A stretch of 63,977 nucleotides of DNA, counting the filler, from an uncultured Acidimicrobiia bacterium (GTDB lineage Bacteria; Actinomycetota; Acidimicrobiia; Spongiisociales; JAOTWH01): the NCBI GenBank assembly GCA_964347285.1. It is 7 parts of 7 records of this genome, joined end to end, with 100 filler letters (N's around TTAATTAATTAA, not from the genome) between each part and the next. Parts side by side here need not be neighbours in the genome. Positions count along the whole stretch, not along the records: positions 10,860 to 21,292 come from CAYFYE010000088.1; positions 21,393 to 31,261 come from CAYFYE010000091.1; 5 more parts are not named here. The stretch is one strand, 5' to 3'. The translations under genes were made by a program, and so were the position numbers. The notes below the pieces were generated by a model. That model ran no database searches. It saw nothing but the letters and a program-made list of their open reading frames with translations, and was not told the DNA's origin. Numbering within the stretch: the stretch's first letter is position 1; every line of letters starts with the position of its first letter. Positions 19,929-30,545 of this stretch are shown here, piece by piece.

Positions 19929-20846
19929 TCAGTCTCCGATATGGCGGGCCACATAGGCGATCACGCCGCCGATGGCTTCCTGCTGGACGTCGTCGACCTC
20001 GTACTCGCCGTCGGCCCCCCGCACGGGGTAGATGTAGCCGTGCAGGGGGTGGTCGTAGGACACCCAATCCACCTCCTTGCCGGCCTCGGCGAGCAGGTCG
20101 TAGGTGCAGCGGAAGATCCCCTGGAGGTGATCGGTCTCGCGGCCCATGACCAGGATCGGAGTGTCGATCGTGGCGATGCGCTCGGCGGCCACGTTCTCGT
20201 CGATGCGGCGGCGCACCTTTTCGACCTCGGCCATCTGCATCTGCTCGATGTTGCGAAGCCGGGTCTCGGCGTCGACGGTCACGGTGTCGTCGGGGGTGAG
20301 CGCCAGGAACTCGTGGGCGGCCGGCTCGCTGGCCACAGCGACGGCAGCGCCGTCGTACTCCGAGGTGATCTTGAGCACCATCTCGCCGCCGTGACTCATC
20401 CCGATCATGCCGACCCTTTCCGGGTCGATCCAGGGAAGGGCCTTGACGTAGTCGATGATGGCGATCTCGTCCTCGTACTCCAGGGGCGACCGGTTGAAGA
20501 GGTCCCGCCCCTGCCGGATGTCGCGCACCAGCTTCCCACCCTCGTGGTAGCCGAGCTCCACTTCGCTGCGGTAGCGGAGCCAGGCGCAGGCGAAGCCGGC
20601 CTCGAGCAGGCGCTCCATGATGTAGCCCCGGTTGGCGACCGCATCGCGAACCCATGCCATGCCCCCGCCGCCGTTCCCCGACGCCAGCAGCACGACCGGG
20701 AACGGGCCCGGGCCGGCAGGCTTGCGCATGCCGATGGGGGCGTAGAGGCCGTCCCACGTCTCGACATACATCAGGTCGACCGGGTAGTCGGAGCCGGCGA
20801 CCGGCTCGGTGATGGTCACATTCTCCGGATCGAGAGTCGTCACCAC
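19929..20846 (-). CDS. Alpha/beta hydrolase (S9/DLH-like)
   Basis: IDPERVGMIGMSHGG nucleophile elbow; C-terminal HGY. Confidence 0.75.
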   Translation of the reverse strand: MVTTLDPENVTITEPVAGSDYPVDLMYVETWDGLYAPIGMRKPAGPGPFPVVLLASGNGGGGMAWVRDAVANRGYIMERLLEAGFACAWLRYRSEVELGYHEGGKLVRDIRQGRDLFNRSPLEYEDEIAIIDYVKALPWIDPERVGMIGMSHGGEMVLKITSEYDGAAVAVASEPAAHEFLALTPDDTVTVDAETRLRNIEQMQMAEVEKVRRRIDENVAAERIATIDTPILVMGRETDHLQGIFRCTYDLLAEAGKEVDWVSYDHPLHGYIYPVRGADGEYEVDDVQQEAIGGVIAYVARHIGD

Positions 20847-20864
20847 ATCCTCCTCATGAGTCGT

Positions 20865-21292
20865 TCATCCGATCGCCGCTTCCAGACTGGATCCGAGGTC
20901 CGCCAACAGGACCTGGGCGGCGTTGCGGCCGGGGCCCGCCGAGACCGATCCGCCGGGGTGGGTGGTCGCCCCCGTCTGGTAGAGGCCGGGCACCGGGGTG
21001 CGGTGCTCCGCCCAGCCGGCCGCCGGCCGGAGCGCCCCCGACTGATCGGGGCTCATGTCACCGCCGTGGCACGAGCCGTGCCAGTTGTGGGCGTTCATTC
21101 GCTCGAGGTCGAGCGGGCTCTTCAGCGCCGAGGCCAGGATCGTGTCGTCGGTGACGTTGGGGGCATAGCTGCGGAGATGAGCCAGGTTGGCGGTGGCCAC
21201 CTCCGGCATCAGCTCGTCCCACTGTTCCGGTCCCTCTGCCAGCTCGTAGGGCTGGATGCCGACGACCTTCAATGTGTGATTGCCGTCGGGGG
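20865..21292 (-). CDS. Phytoene desaturase-like FAD oxidoreductase, C-terminal part
   Basis: SPLDLE...HRTPVPGLYQTGATTHPGGSVSAGPGRNAA. Confidence 0.85.
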
Positions 21293-21392
21293 NNNNNNNN
21301 NNNNNNNNNNNNNNNNNNNNNNNNNNNNNNNNNNNNTTAATTAATTAANNNNNNNNNNNNNNNNNNNNNNNNNNNNNNNNNNNNNNNNNNNN
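21293..21392. other. Artificial contig linker
   Basis: N-TTAATTAATTAA-N. Confidence 0.98.
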
Positions 21393-21627
21393 GGAGACTC
21401 ACCGAGGAGCTTTGGCTGCCGGGAGCCGGTTCTCCGAAGATGAGATCTGGAGTGCCGAGACCGTCGCACACGACGGGAGGCTCGCATAGAGGCTGGGGAT
21501 TTTCCCACGAGGCCGAGTCCTCAGCCGGGTTGAAAGTGGCCGGTTGCTGGGCCACTCCAAACCCGCCTGTCCCGGCCACCGCAAGGACGACCACAGTCAG
21601 TAGAAGAATCACCCGTCGCTTGTGCAT
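21393..21627 (-). CDS. Secreted hypothetical protein (partial)
   Basis: MHKRRVILLLTVVVLAVAGTGGFGVA signal peptide; purine-rich RBS. Confidence 0.6.
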
Positions 21628-21842
21628 CTCACCTTCCTCCCTGCCCGCAATTGCCACTGAGAGTAGTCTACCACTATGTGTGGCTCCAAATGCCGACCGA
21701 CCGTCAGGGCAACTCACCCCACGACGCACCGTCGTCCCGCCGAGTCGACGATGGCAGCGTCGACGTGACCCGCCCCGGCTGCATCGCACACCTGCGCGTG
21801 GCCGCGCTCGTGTGAGGTCTGCGGCGAGACGGTCACGCCTTC

Positions 21843-21893
21843 CTGCTCCGGTGCGGCGCGACTGCTCCGGTGCGGCGCGACTGCTCCGGTGCG
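21843..21893. repeat. 19-bp tandem repeat, about 2.7 copies
   Basis: CTGCTCCGGTGCGGCGCGA x2 plus CTGCTCCGGTGCG. Confidence 0.85.
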
Positions 21894-22237
21894 TGTCGCC
21901 AGCGGGCCCATCGCCGGCGCGAGGCTGACCGCCGAGCTACGACGGCGCCGCCATTGGGGGCGGCAACATCAGAGTCCACCGCAGGTAGACGCATTCGCTG
22001 CCGGAGTAATGGTCGGTGTGTCCCCAAACTACCGACGGCAAGCTGCGTCGCCCCTGCAGCATCGTTCGACGTAAGGGAGCCGGCCGGCCTCGGCTCTGGG
22101 CGATTCCAGACAGCCGGGTCGCCTTCGGCGGAACGGGCAGCGCACTCGAGATCCCTTTCCGGAGGAGGCACCCCGGGGGGTCTGGGAAGCCGGCCGTCGG
22201 GAACAATTCGGACGGGGAGCCGGTTCGCACCGGCATC

Positions 22238-22804
22238 ATGTCCACTCCCCGTCCCATCCGGGTCCTCGGCATCTCCGGGAGCCTGCGACGCGGCTCGTAC
22301 AACACCGCGGCGCTGCGCGCCGCCGCCGAGCTGGCGCCGCCGGGGATGACGATCGAGATCGCCCCGCTCGACAAGCTCCCCTTCTACGACGCCGACGTGG
22401 AGCGCGAGGAGGGGTTTCCCCCGGCAGTCGAGGAGCTGCGGGACTCGATTCGTGATGCAGATGCGCTGCTCATCGCCACCCCCGAGTACAACTACTCGGT
22501 GCCCGGAGTGCTCAAGAACGCCATCGACTGGGCGTCGCGGGGGAAGGCGGACGCCCCCATCAACCGCAAACCCACTGCGATCATGGGCGCCGGCGGCCGC
22601 CTGGGAACGGTGCGGGCTCAGCTGCACCTGCGGGAGATCGCCCGGCACAACGACCTGAGGGTGGTGGGGCGCCCCGAAGTGCTCATCGACCGGGCGTGGA
22701 CCAAGTTCGACGAGGCGGGCAACCTGACCGACGAGCGCCATCGCGACCAGATCCGACGGCTCTTGGAGGCCCTGGCCGACCTCGTCGTCGCCGCCCGCGA
22801 CTAG
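22238..22804 (+). CDS. NADPH-dependent FMN reductase
   Basis: ISGSLRRGSYN, ATPEYNYSVPGVLKNAIDWASR. Confidence 0.92.
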   Translation: MSTPRPIRVLGISGSLRRGSYNTAALRAAAELAPPGMTIEIAPLDKLPFYDADVEREEGFPPAVEELRDSIRDADALLIATPEYNYSVPGVLKNAIDWASRGKADAPINRKPTAIMGAGGRLGTVRAQLHLREIARHNDLRVVGRPEVLIDRAWTKFDEAGNLTDERHRDQIRRLLEALADLVVAARD

Positions 22805-23085
22805 CTCCGTCCCCGGAGCGGGCCTTCCGGCGGGGCCGGGAGCGTGAGCAGTGTCCCGTGAGGGGATTCCGTCCGGCGCCATCGGGATCGGCCGGTCCTA
22901 GTCCCCCGAGCTCGTTTGGCGCTCGGCCGCTTTTCAGGCATCCGGAGGGCGTCGGGCCGATCGTCCGGACCGCGGCGATCAGCGGGCCGCTACGCCGACC
23001 TGTGTAGCCGGCCTCTGATTCCCCACCCTGCGGCCTCGCCGCTTCCGTGCTCCCCATCAGGATCGCCCGACGCCACACCGCTTCG

Positions 23086-23670
23086 ATGAGTGGTCGTGAC
23101 TGGGGGCTAGTCAGCAATCACCCTCTGCCGGCCCGACCGGTACGCCGCCCAGGGAGCGCCGAGTGGTTCCCTGCCCATCCCGCGGTCCGGGGAGCCGACG
23201 AACCCGAGGACGTTTCGCCATTCGAGGCATTTCTGTGGGGCGATGAGGCCCCGCAGCCGGTGGTCTTCCTCTGGGAGCGCAGAGGGTCACTCAAGCGGGC
23301 GGTGCGTGAGTCCGATATGCCTTCTATGACTGCGCGCCAGACCCGGCTCGAGCGTCGTGATTGGCGCTCCACGATCGCACGACGGGCGCTGCTCGGCATC
23401 GGCTGGATGGCCCTGGTCGCCTCGGTTGTCGCATTGGCCGCCGGCGTGTTGGAGGGACGAGAGGGGTGGATTCTGGTGGCCGGCGCTTCGACGGCCGCCC
23501 TGACGGTCTCGACGATCCTGCCCGAGCCCCTTCCTCGCCTTCGCCGGGTCGATCCACCTCCGATCTTCTCGCCCCTGGCGGCCTATCGCTCCCACGGGCT
23601 TCCGGCGGCGCGCCGCCCGGGAACGGGCCGGAGCACGATGCGCCAGCTGCTCACCCTGCCCACCTCGTAG
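23086..23670 (+). CDS. Hypothetical membrane protein
   Basis: Fills the gap between genes; two hydrophobic segments; no recognised family. Confidence 0.35.
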   Translation: MSGRDWGLVSNHPLPARPVRRPGSAEWFPAHPAVRGADEPEDVSPFEAFLWGDEAPQPVVFLWERRGSLKRAVRESDMPSMTARQTRLERRDWRSTIARRALLGIGWMALVASVVALAAGVLEGREGWILVAGASTAALTVSTILPEPLPRLRRVDPPPIFSPLAAYRSHGLPAARRPGTGRSTMRQLLTLPTS

Positions 23671-23688
23671 CCGACCCGGCCCTCCCGA

Positions 23689-24654
23689 CTAGGTGCGGGC
23701 CTGCAGCGCTTCGATGAGCTTGGGAACGACGTTGTGGACGTCGCCGACGATGCCGAGATCGGCCACGGCGAATATGGGGGCCTCCGGATCCTTGTTGATG
23801 GCGATGATCGTGCCTGAGTCCTTCATGCCGACCAGGTGCTGCATGGCCCCCGAGATGCCGCAGGCGATGTAGACGCTCGGCTTGACGGTCTTGCCGGTCT
23901 GGCCCACCTGGAGGGCGTAGGGAACCCACCCGGCATCGACCACGGCCCGGGTGGCTCCGGTCGCCGCTCCGAGCAGACCGGCCAGCTCCTCGATCATGGG
24001 GAACTTGTCGGCGGTGCCCAGGCCCCGTCCCGCGGAGACGATGATGTCGGCCTCCTCCAGCTTGGGGCCCACCGCCTCCTCCTCGTGCCGCTCGGAGATC
24101 GTCGCCGAACCGGCATGCCCGACGTCGGGCATGTCGATCGGCACGACCGCAGGGACCGCTTCACCGTCCGGTTCTGCCGAAAAGGCCTTGGGGCGGACCA
24201 CCACCAGGGCCGGTGGATCACTGCGGGATGCGGTGGTCACTTTGACCGTCCCTCCCAGGATCTCGTTGCCCACCGTGACTTCGCCGCCCTCCTCGTCGAT
24301 GGCTACCGCGTTCGAGAGGATGGGGCGACCGAGCCGGGCGCTGAGCCGACCGGCCACGTCGCGGTCGGTGTAGGTGAGGCCGAAGAGCACCACATCGGGG
24401 GTGTGCTCGGCGACGAGACCCTCGATGGCGGCGGCGGCCGATGCCGCCGGAAGGTGGTCATCGGGAGTCAGGTGGTAGACGTGCTGGGCCCCGTGGCGGC
24501 CCAGCTCGGCAAACGCCTCGTCGGAGCCGGTCCCCAGGTAGACGACCGAGACCTGCTCGGCCAGGGTGCGGGCCCTGGTCAGTAGCTCGAGCGAGATCGG
24601 GGCCGGCATGCCGGCCACCTCCTCGGAGAACACCCATGCCTGTGCCAGTGTCAT
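23689..24654 (-). CDS. etfA: Electron transfer flavoprotein alpha subunit
   Basis: [34 protein letters not shown]. Confidence 0.95.
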   Translation of the reverse strand: MTLAQAWVFSEEVAGMPAPISLELLTRARTLAEQVSVVYLGTGSDEAFAELGRHGAQHVYHLTPDDHLPAASAAAAIEGLVAEHTPDVVLFGLTYTDRDVAGRLSARLGRPILSNAVAIDEEGGEVTVGNEILGGTVKVTTASRSDPPALVVVRPKAFSAEPDGEAVPAVVPIDMPDVGHAGSATISERHEEEAVGPKLEEADIIVSAGRGLGTADKFPMIEELAGLLGAATGATRAVVDAGWVPYALQVGQTGKTVKPSVYIACGISGAMQHLVGMKDSGTIIAINKDPEAPIFAVADLGIVGDVHNVVPKLIEALQART

Positions 24655-25430
24655 CAGATCACCTTGGCCTCTTCGAGGAGCTGGACGATGCGGACGTGCC
24701 CTTCACCGTCGTCCTCGACGATCTCTCCCGCCTGGCGGGCCGGCACCGGGCTCACATCGGTGATCTCCTGGAGCGAGCCGGCCGGACCCACCTGGTCGGA
24801 TTCGAACCCCAGGTCGGCGGCGCTGAGCCGGTCGATCGGCTTGTTCTTGGCGGCCATGATCCCCTTGAAGGTGGGATAGCGGGGCTCGACGGCCCCGGCC
24901 GTCACCGACACCAGGGCCGGCAGGCTCGATTCGATCACGTTGTAGCCGCCGGCCGTCTGTTGCTCGATGCGGATCTTGCCGTTGGAGGCCTCGACTTTGC
25001 GGGCGTAGGTGAGGGCCGGGACGTCCAACAGCTCGGCGATCTGTTGAGGGACGACGCCGGTGTACCCGTCGGTCGACTCGGTTCCGGCCACCACCAGGTC
25101 GAAGCCGTCTCGCCGGATGGCGGCTGCCAGGATCCGGGCCGTCACCAGGGCCGCCGAGCCCCGAAGCGCTTCGTCGTCGACGATCACCGCCTTGTCGGCC
25201 CCCATGGCCAGCGCCTGACGGATCCCCTGCAACGACCCGGAGGGGGACATGGAGTAAACCGTCAGCGTGCCCTCGGCGGCTTCGGCCAGCTGGAGTCCCA
25301 CCTCGACGCCGTAGCGGTCGGTGTCGTCGAGGATCTGATCCTCGGGTCGCACCACGAAGTGGCTCTCGGGGTCGAGGTCGTAGGGAGTTGCCGGGTCGGG
25401 AATCTGCTTCACGCAGACGGCGATGTTCAT
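24654..25430 (-). CDS. etfB: Electron transfer flavoprotein beta subunit
   Basis: AVCVKQIPD, ALAMGAD, EPRYPTFKGIMAAK. Confidence 0.95.
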   Translation of the reverse strand: MNIAVCVKQIPDPATPYDLDPESHFVVRPEDQILDDTDRYGVEVGLQLAEAAEGTLTVYSMSPSGSLQGIRQALAMGADKAVIVDDEALRGSAALVTARILAAAIRRDGFDLVVAGTESTDGYTGVVPQQIAELLDVPALTYARKVEASNGKIRIEQQTAGGYNVIESSLPALVSVTAGAVEPRYPTFKGIMAAKNKPIDRLSAADLGFESDQVGPAGSLQEITDVSPVPARQAGEIVEDDGEGHVRIVQLLEEAKVI

Positions 25431-25470
25431 CGGCCTCCTCGCAGCGGCTAGCGGCGATGTTAGGGCCGGC

Positions 25471-26301
25471 TCAGCCCTCCTCGGCCAGACGGGGCAGGAG
25501 ATGATCGAGGAGCCGGCTGAAGCGTTCCCGGGTTGCGGCTGCGGTCTCCTGCACCTCCTCGTGGGACAGTGGCGTGGCCGAGATCCCGGCGGCCAGGTTG
25601 GTGACTAGCGAGATGCCGAGCACTCGGGCCCCCATGTGGCGGACCGCGATCGCCTCAGGGACCGTGGACATGCCCACGAGATCGGCGCCCAGGCGCTCCA
25701 GCATGCGTATCTCGGCCGGGGTTTCGTAGCTGGGCCCCAACAGCCAGGCGTATACACCCTCTTTCAGCTCGACATCGAGCCCGGCGGCGACCGCCTGCGC
25801 AACCCGGCGCAGCTCTTGCGAGTACAGGTCGGTGAGGTCGGGGAACCGGGGCCCGATCCTATCGTCGTTGGGGCCGGCCAACGGGTTGCGCCCGGTCAGG
25901 TTGATGTGGTCGCTGATCGTCACCAGGTCACCGGGGGCGAGATGGGCGCCGATCCCCCCGGCTGCATTGGTGAGGAGCACGGTCGTGCACCCGCTCATCA
26001 CTGCACAGCGGACCCCGAACACCACCTCGTCCATCGCCCAGCCCTCATACGTGTGGACCCGCCCGGCCAGCAACAGCACCGGCACCCCGTCCATGTCGAC
26101 GGAGAACACGCTGCCGGCATGCCCTTCGACCTTGGGCGCCGGGAAGCCGGGGATGCGGTCGTAGGCGACCTCTGTGGCCCCCTCGCGAGAAGTGGCGTAG
26201 GCGCTCAGACCCGAGCCGAGGACGGCCCCCACCCGGTGGCGGTCGCGTCCGGTTTGGGCGGCGACGGCTGCGGCGGCGGCCTGCAGCTCGGGGTAGCTCA
26301 T
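25471..26301 (-). CDS. punA: Purine-nucleoside phosphorylase
   Basis: VLGSGL, GRVHTYEG, TNAAGG, GPSYETPAE, VGMSTVPE, TNLAAG. Confidence 0.93.
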   Translation of the reverse strand: MSYPELQAAAAAVAAQTGRDRHRVGAVLGSGLSAYATSREGATEVAYDRIPGFPAPKVEGHAGSVFSVDMDGVPVLLLAGRVHTYEGWAMDEVVFGVRCAVMSGCTTVLLTNAAGGIGAHLAPGDLVTISDHINLTGRNPLAGPNDDRIGPRFPDLTDLYSQELRRVAQAVAAGLDVELKEGVYAWLLGPSYETPAEIRMLERLGADLVGMSTVPEAIAVRHMGARVLGISLVTNLAAGISATPLSHEEVQETAAATRERFSRLLDHLLPRLAEEG

Positions 26302-27602
26302 CGCACCTCCTCGATCACCAGGGGGGCCGCCTCGGGCGGCTCGTCGACGATCTCCCAGGCGGTCTCGAGCACCTCGAGGGCGGCCCGAAGCCGAGCCTCG
26401 TCGTTGTAGCCGATGCGGGCCAGCGGCTCGCCGGCCTCGATCGGGTCGCCGGGCTTGGCGAGGATCGTGAACCCGACCGCACGGTCGATATCGTCTTCCT
26501 TGCGGGCGCGACCTGCGCCGAGGCGGACGCCCGCCCTTCCCACCGCCAGCGCGTCACAGGCGGCCACGTAGCCGGGACGCGGTGCTGCCAGCACGTGGAC
26601 GTTGCCCGGTCGGGGAAGGCGCTTCGGGTCGTCGAGCACGGCGGGGTCGCCGCCCTGGGCCTCGATGATCTCCTCGAACTTGGTGATGGCGGCACCCGAG
26701 TCGACACACGCAACCAGCTGTTGTCGTGCTTCCTCGGGATCGGCGGCCAGGCCGCCCAGCATGAGCATCTCTCCGCCGATGCGCTGGACGAGCTCGACGA
26801 GATCTTGGGGGCCGCGACCCCGCAACACCTCGATCGACTCGGCGATCTCGTTGGCGTTGCCCACCTCCCGGCCCAGGGGATGGTCCATATCGGTGAGCAG
26901 GGCGACGAAACGAGTGTTGTGAGCTTGACCGATGCGGACCATCGTTTCCGCCAGCCGGCGGGCATCCTCAACGTCCTTCATGAACGCCCCCCGGCCCACC
27001 TTGACGTCCAGCACGAGAGCGTCGAGGCCCTCGGCCAGCTTCTTGGAGGTGATCGAAGAGGCGATGAGCGGGATGGAAGGGACCGTCCCGGTGACGTCGC
27101 GCAGGGCATACAGGAGACGGTCGGCCGGAACCAGCGTGTCGGACTGGCCGGCGAGCGCCACGCCATGCTCGGCAATCAGCCGATTGAAGTCGCCGGGGGC
27201 GATCGTGGTCGTGAACCCGGGGATGCTCTCCAGCTTGTCGAGCGTGCCCCCGGTGTGTCCCAGGCCCCGGCCGCTGATCATCGGCACCACCGCCCCGCAG
27301 GCGGCCACCATCGGTGCCAGAGGGATGCTGACCTTGTCGCCCACCCCCCCGGTGGAGTGCTTGTCAACCTTGGGCCCGGTCACCTGGGAGAGATCGAGCA
27401 CGTCTCCCGAGTGCAACATGGCCTCGGTCCACGCTCCCAGCTCACCGTCGTCGAGGCCGTTGAAATACACGGCCATCAGCAGAGCGGACATCTGGTAGTC
27501 GGGGATCTCGCCCCTTGTGTATGAGCCGATGAGCCAGGCGATATCGAGTTCCGTGAGCCGACCACCGTCCCTCTTGCGTTCGATGAGCTCGGTGATCGTC
27601 AT
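26298..27602 (-). CDS. pdp: Pyrimidine-nucleoside/thymidine phosphorylase
   Basis: DKHSTGGVGDK, SGRGLGHTGGTLDKLESIPG, YALRDVTGTV. Confidence 0.93.
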   Translation of the reverse strand: MTITELIERKRDGGRLTELDIAWLIGSYTRGEIPDYQMSALLMAVYFNGLDDGELGAWTEAMLHSGDVLDLSQVTGPKVDKHSTGGVGDKVSIPLAPMVAACGAVVPMISGRGLGHTGGTLDKLESIPGFTTTIAPGDFNRLIAEHGVALAGQSDTLVPADRLLYALRDVTGTVPSIPLIASSITSKKLAEGLDALVLDVKVGRGAFMKDVEDARRLAETMVRIGQAHNTRFVALLTDMDHPLGREVGNANEIAESIEVLRGRGPQDLVELVQRIGGEMLMLGGLAADPEEARQQLVACVDSGAAITKFEEIIEAQGGDPAVLDDPKRLPRPGNVHVLAAPRPGYVAACDALAVGRAGVRLGAGRARKEDDIDRAVGFTILAKPGDPIEAGEPLARIGYNDEARLRAALEVLETAWEIVDEPPEAAPLVIEEVR

Positions 27603-28768
27603 GCGATGTCCTCGAGAAACGATTCGCCCCGCTCGGGCTGCCCGAGGCCCAGCGCTTCGGCGGCGGTGGCGGCCACATCGGAGAATTGCTCACGGATCCC
27701 CAGGTCGACGCCGGCGGCGGCCGGCCCGTGCACCAGGAGCGGCACCCGTTCCCGGGTGTGGTCGGTGTCGCCGTCGGTGGGATCGGTGCCGTGATCGGCG
27801 GATATGAAAAGCAGGTCGGCGGGGTCGAGGGCGGCCACCACATGGGGGAGATGCTCGTCGATGAGCCGGAGTCCGGCGGCATACCCTTGGGGGTCCTCGC
27901 GATGGCCGTAGCGCATGTCGAGGTCGACCAGATTGGTCATCACGATGCCCCGCTCCACTTTGCCCAGGGCCCGAATGGTCTGCCTCATCCCGTCGAGATC
28001 ACCCTCGGTGTGGACCGAGTCGGTGAGCCCCCTGGCTGCGAAGAGATCGTTGATCTTTCCCACTCCAAACACCGTCAGGCCCGCTTCCTCGGCCCGATCG
28101 AGGAGCGTAGGACCGTGGGGTGCCATGGCGTAGTCGTGGCGTTCGTAGGTGCGGTGGAACGAGCCCAGCTCGCCTTCGAAGGGGCGGGCGATGACCCTTC
28201 CGATCCGGTAGTCGTCGGCGATGGCCCGGGCGATGGTGCAGATGCGATACAACTCGTCGAGGGGTAGGACGTCCTTGTGGGCGGCGATTTGGAGCACCGA
28301 GTCGGCCGAGGTGTAGAGGATGGGGTGCCCGGTGGCCAGGTGCTCGGAGCCCAGCTCCTCGATGATCACCGTGCCCGAGGCGGCGTAGTTGCCGAGAAAG
28401 CGCCGGCCGGTCTCGTTCTCGAGCCGGACTACCAGCTCGGGGGGGAACCCGGTGGCTGTAAAGGTGGCCTGGGGCTCGGTGGTGATCAGGCCGGCCAGCT
28501 CCCAGTGACCGGTGGTGGAGTCCTTGCCGGCCGAGGCTTCGGTGAGCTTTCCGTAGGCCATCGTCGCGGCCTCGGACGGGGGTACTCCCTCGATGGGATG
28601 GAGGTTGCCCAGACCGGCGGCCTGGAAGTTGGGGAGGTCGAGCCCTCCTACGGCGTGGGCGACATGACCCAGGGTGTCGGCACCACCGTCGCCGTAGGCG
28701 GCGGCGTCGGGGGCGGCGCCCGCGCCACAGGAGTCGATCACGATGATCACGGCGCGCCGGAACTCCAC
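27599..28768 (-). CDS. deoB: Phosphopentomutase
   Basis: IVIDSCGAG, GKDSTTGHWE, YTSADSV, RVIARPF, YGHRED, ADHGTDPT, DHTRE; GTG start with GAGGGAGG. Confidence 0.94.
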   Translation of the reverse strand: MEFRRAVIIVIDSCGAGAAPDAAAYGDGGADTLGHVAHAVGGLDLPNFQAAGLGNLHPIEGVPPSEAATMAYGKLTEASAGKDSTTGHWELAGLITTEPQATFTATGFPPELVVRLENETGRRFLGNYAASGTVIIEELGSEHLATGHPILYTSADSVLQIAAHKDVLPLDELYRICTIARAIADDYRIGRVIARPFEGELGSFHRTYERHDYAMAPHGPTLLDRAEEAGLTVFGVGKINDLFAARGLTDSVHTEGDLDGMRQTIRALGKVERGIVMTNLVDLDMRYGHREDPQGYAAGLRLIDEHLPHVVAALDPADLLFISADHGTDPTDGDTDHTRERVPLLVHGPAAAGVDLGIREQFSDVAATAAEALGLGQPERGESFLEDIA

Positions 28769-28833
28769 GGCCCTCCCTCGGAGCGGATCTCCCAGTATGG
28801 CGCGATCGACGGGTGGGGAGCCGGGACCGGCGG

Positions 28834-30465
28834 CTAGCCCAGCGCGTAGAAGTATCCGTCCCGGGACCCGACGAACAAGCGACCATCCCACACTGCCGGA
28901 GTGGACTCGATGCACCCGCCGAAAGGAGCCACTTCCCAGAGGAGCCGGGGATCGGTCGGATCGGCGAGGTGGTAGGCCCGAATGGCGCCCCCCGACTCGC
29001 AATTGGCGCTCAGCACCAGAGTCTCGTCCACGATCGCCGGAGAGGACCAGGCGTGAAATCCGATCTCATCCCGCCACACCACCTCGCCGTCGGTGGAGTC
29101 GACGACGAGCAGCTCGCCGGGGTGGGTAGGGGCATACAGGTATCCGTCGTGGAGTGCCGGAGTGGCCCACAGCCCACCGGCACCGGTGCGGGCCGGCGGC
29201 ACCGCCACGCTCCACAGCAGCGGATCGCCGGTCGCATGGGGATCCAGCTTGACCAGCTGGCCGACCAGTTCGGACCTGGCGTTGAACCGCTCCAGCTCGA
29301 CCGCTACGTAGAGCATGCCTTCGGCATCGACGACGATCGACGCGTCGACGTCGTCTCCCACCCAGTAGTCGAAGACCACCGGGGCGTCGCCGATCCGTAC
29401 CGCTGAAACATCGAGGCCGACCACCCTTCCGCCCGAGTTGGCGAAGTAGACCCGTTCGTCGAACAGCGCCGGCGAGCTCTCGATGCTGACGTTGCGACCC
29501 ACTGCGGAGATGAGATCGTCGGTATAGCCGGGAACGGCGATGCGGACCTCGGGGTCGACCGTGACCAGACCGGCCTCGTCGTAGTTGCGGCCGAGTTCGA
29601 TTGCGAAGAACCAGCCGTTCTCGCTGCCTTCGTACAGGATGTCGTCGACGAGGACCGGGCTCGCATCCCAGTCGTCGTTCCAGACGCCTTCGACCGAGCT
29701 CGCCGACAGGGACCACAGCTCGGTGGGCTGGGCGCGATCGAGGGCTACGACCCGCAGGTTGCCGTCGCGGGCCCCGAAATAGAGAAGGGGATACCCGTCG
29801 GGATCGAGCGTTACCGAGCCCTTGATGAGGTCGCCGACCGGGAAACTGGGCCGAGTCTCGTTTCCGGTGGCAGCATCGACGAAATGGACGGCGCGGTCGA
29901 ATGCCCCGAAGATCACCTCGGAGATGCCGTCCGGCCGTTCCCATACCACGGGCTGTCCGGTCCAGCCGGTGCCACACCACTGCTTGGTTTCGCCTCCCGT
30001 CGTTGATAGCGCGCACATCGGCGCCTCCGGATATCTCCACAGCACCTGCGGAGTCGCCGGGACCGGGCCGGCTCCGTAGAAGGTGCGGGTCGGATTGCCC
30101 CGAAACATCGTGAGACCCTCGACCGTTCCCCACGGTTCACCGACCGTCTGCGCCGTCACCGTTCCCGACTGCGGTGCGGTGGTTGTGGTGGAAGCCGGTG
30201 CGGTCGTGGTCGCGGTTGATGCGCGCTCTGAGGCCGACGGAGCGGTCGATGGTTCGGCCGACGAGGCCGGCCGGGGCTCGGTGGCCGATGAGCCGCTCTC
30301 CGAGGGGGAGGGTTCCTCGACGGCTCGCTCGGCCGCGGCCGGGGCACTGGGATCGGCGGCTCCTTCCGACGTTGCGTCGGTACAGGCGGACGCCAGCACG
30401 GCGATGGCCAGCGCTCCCAGGAGAGGGAAGGTCGGCGGGACTCGTCGGTTGGGCTCGTGGCGCAT
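28834..30465 (-). CDS. PQQ-like beta-propeller lipoprotein
   Basis: Lipobox VLASAC; S/T/P-rich linker; MFRGNPTR; repeated SSPA/STPA and W-containing blades. Confidence 0.8.
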   Translation of the reverse strand: MRHEPNRRVPPTFPLLGALAIAVLASACTDATSEGAADPSAPAAAERAVEEPSPSESGSSATEPRPASSAEPSTAPSASERASTATTTAPASTTTTAPQSGTVTAQTVGEPWGTVEGLTMFRGNPTRTFYGAGPVPATPQVLWRYPEAPMCALSTTGGETKQWCGTGWTGQPVVWERPDGISEVIFGAFDRAVHFVDAATGNETRPSFPVGDLIKGSVTLDPDGYPLLYFGARDGNLRVVALDRAQPTELWSLSASSVEGVWNDDWDASPVLVDDILYEGSENGWFFAIELGRNYDEAGLVTVDPEVRIAVPGYTDDLISAVGRNVSIESSPALFDERVYFANSGGRVVGLDVSAVRIGDAPVVFDYWVGDDVDASIVVDAEGMLYVAVELERFNARSELVGQLVKLDPHATGDPLLWSVAVPPARTGAGGLWATPALHDGYLYAPTHPGELLVVDSTDGEVVWRDEIGFHAWSSPAIVDETLVLSANCESGGAIRAYHLADPTDPRLLWEVAPFGGCIESTPAVWDGRLFVGSRDGYFYALG

Positions 30466-30545
30466 CGGGGCGGGCTTGCGGTTGGGGTGATTGTGGTGCG
30501 CCGGGACGGCCGAGACCGTCATTGCAATCGTGCGGGTGGGGCCCT

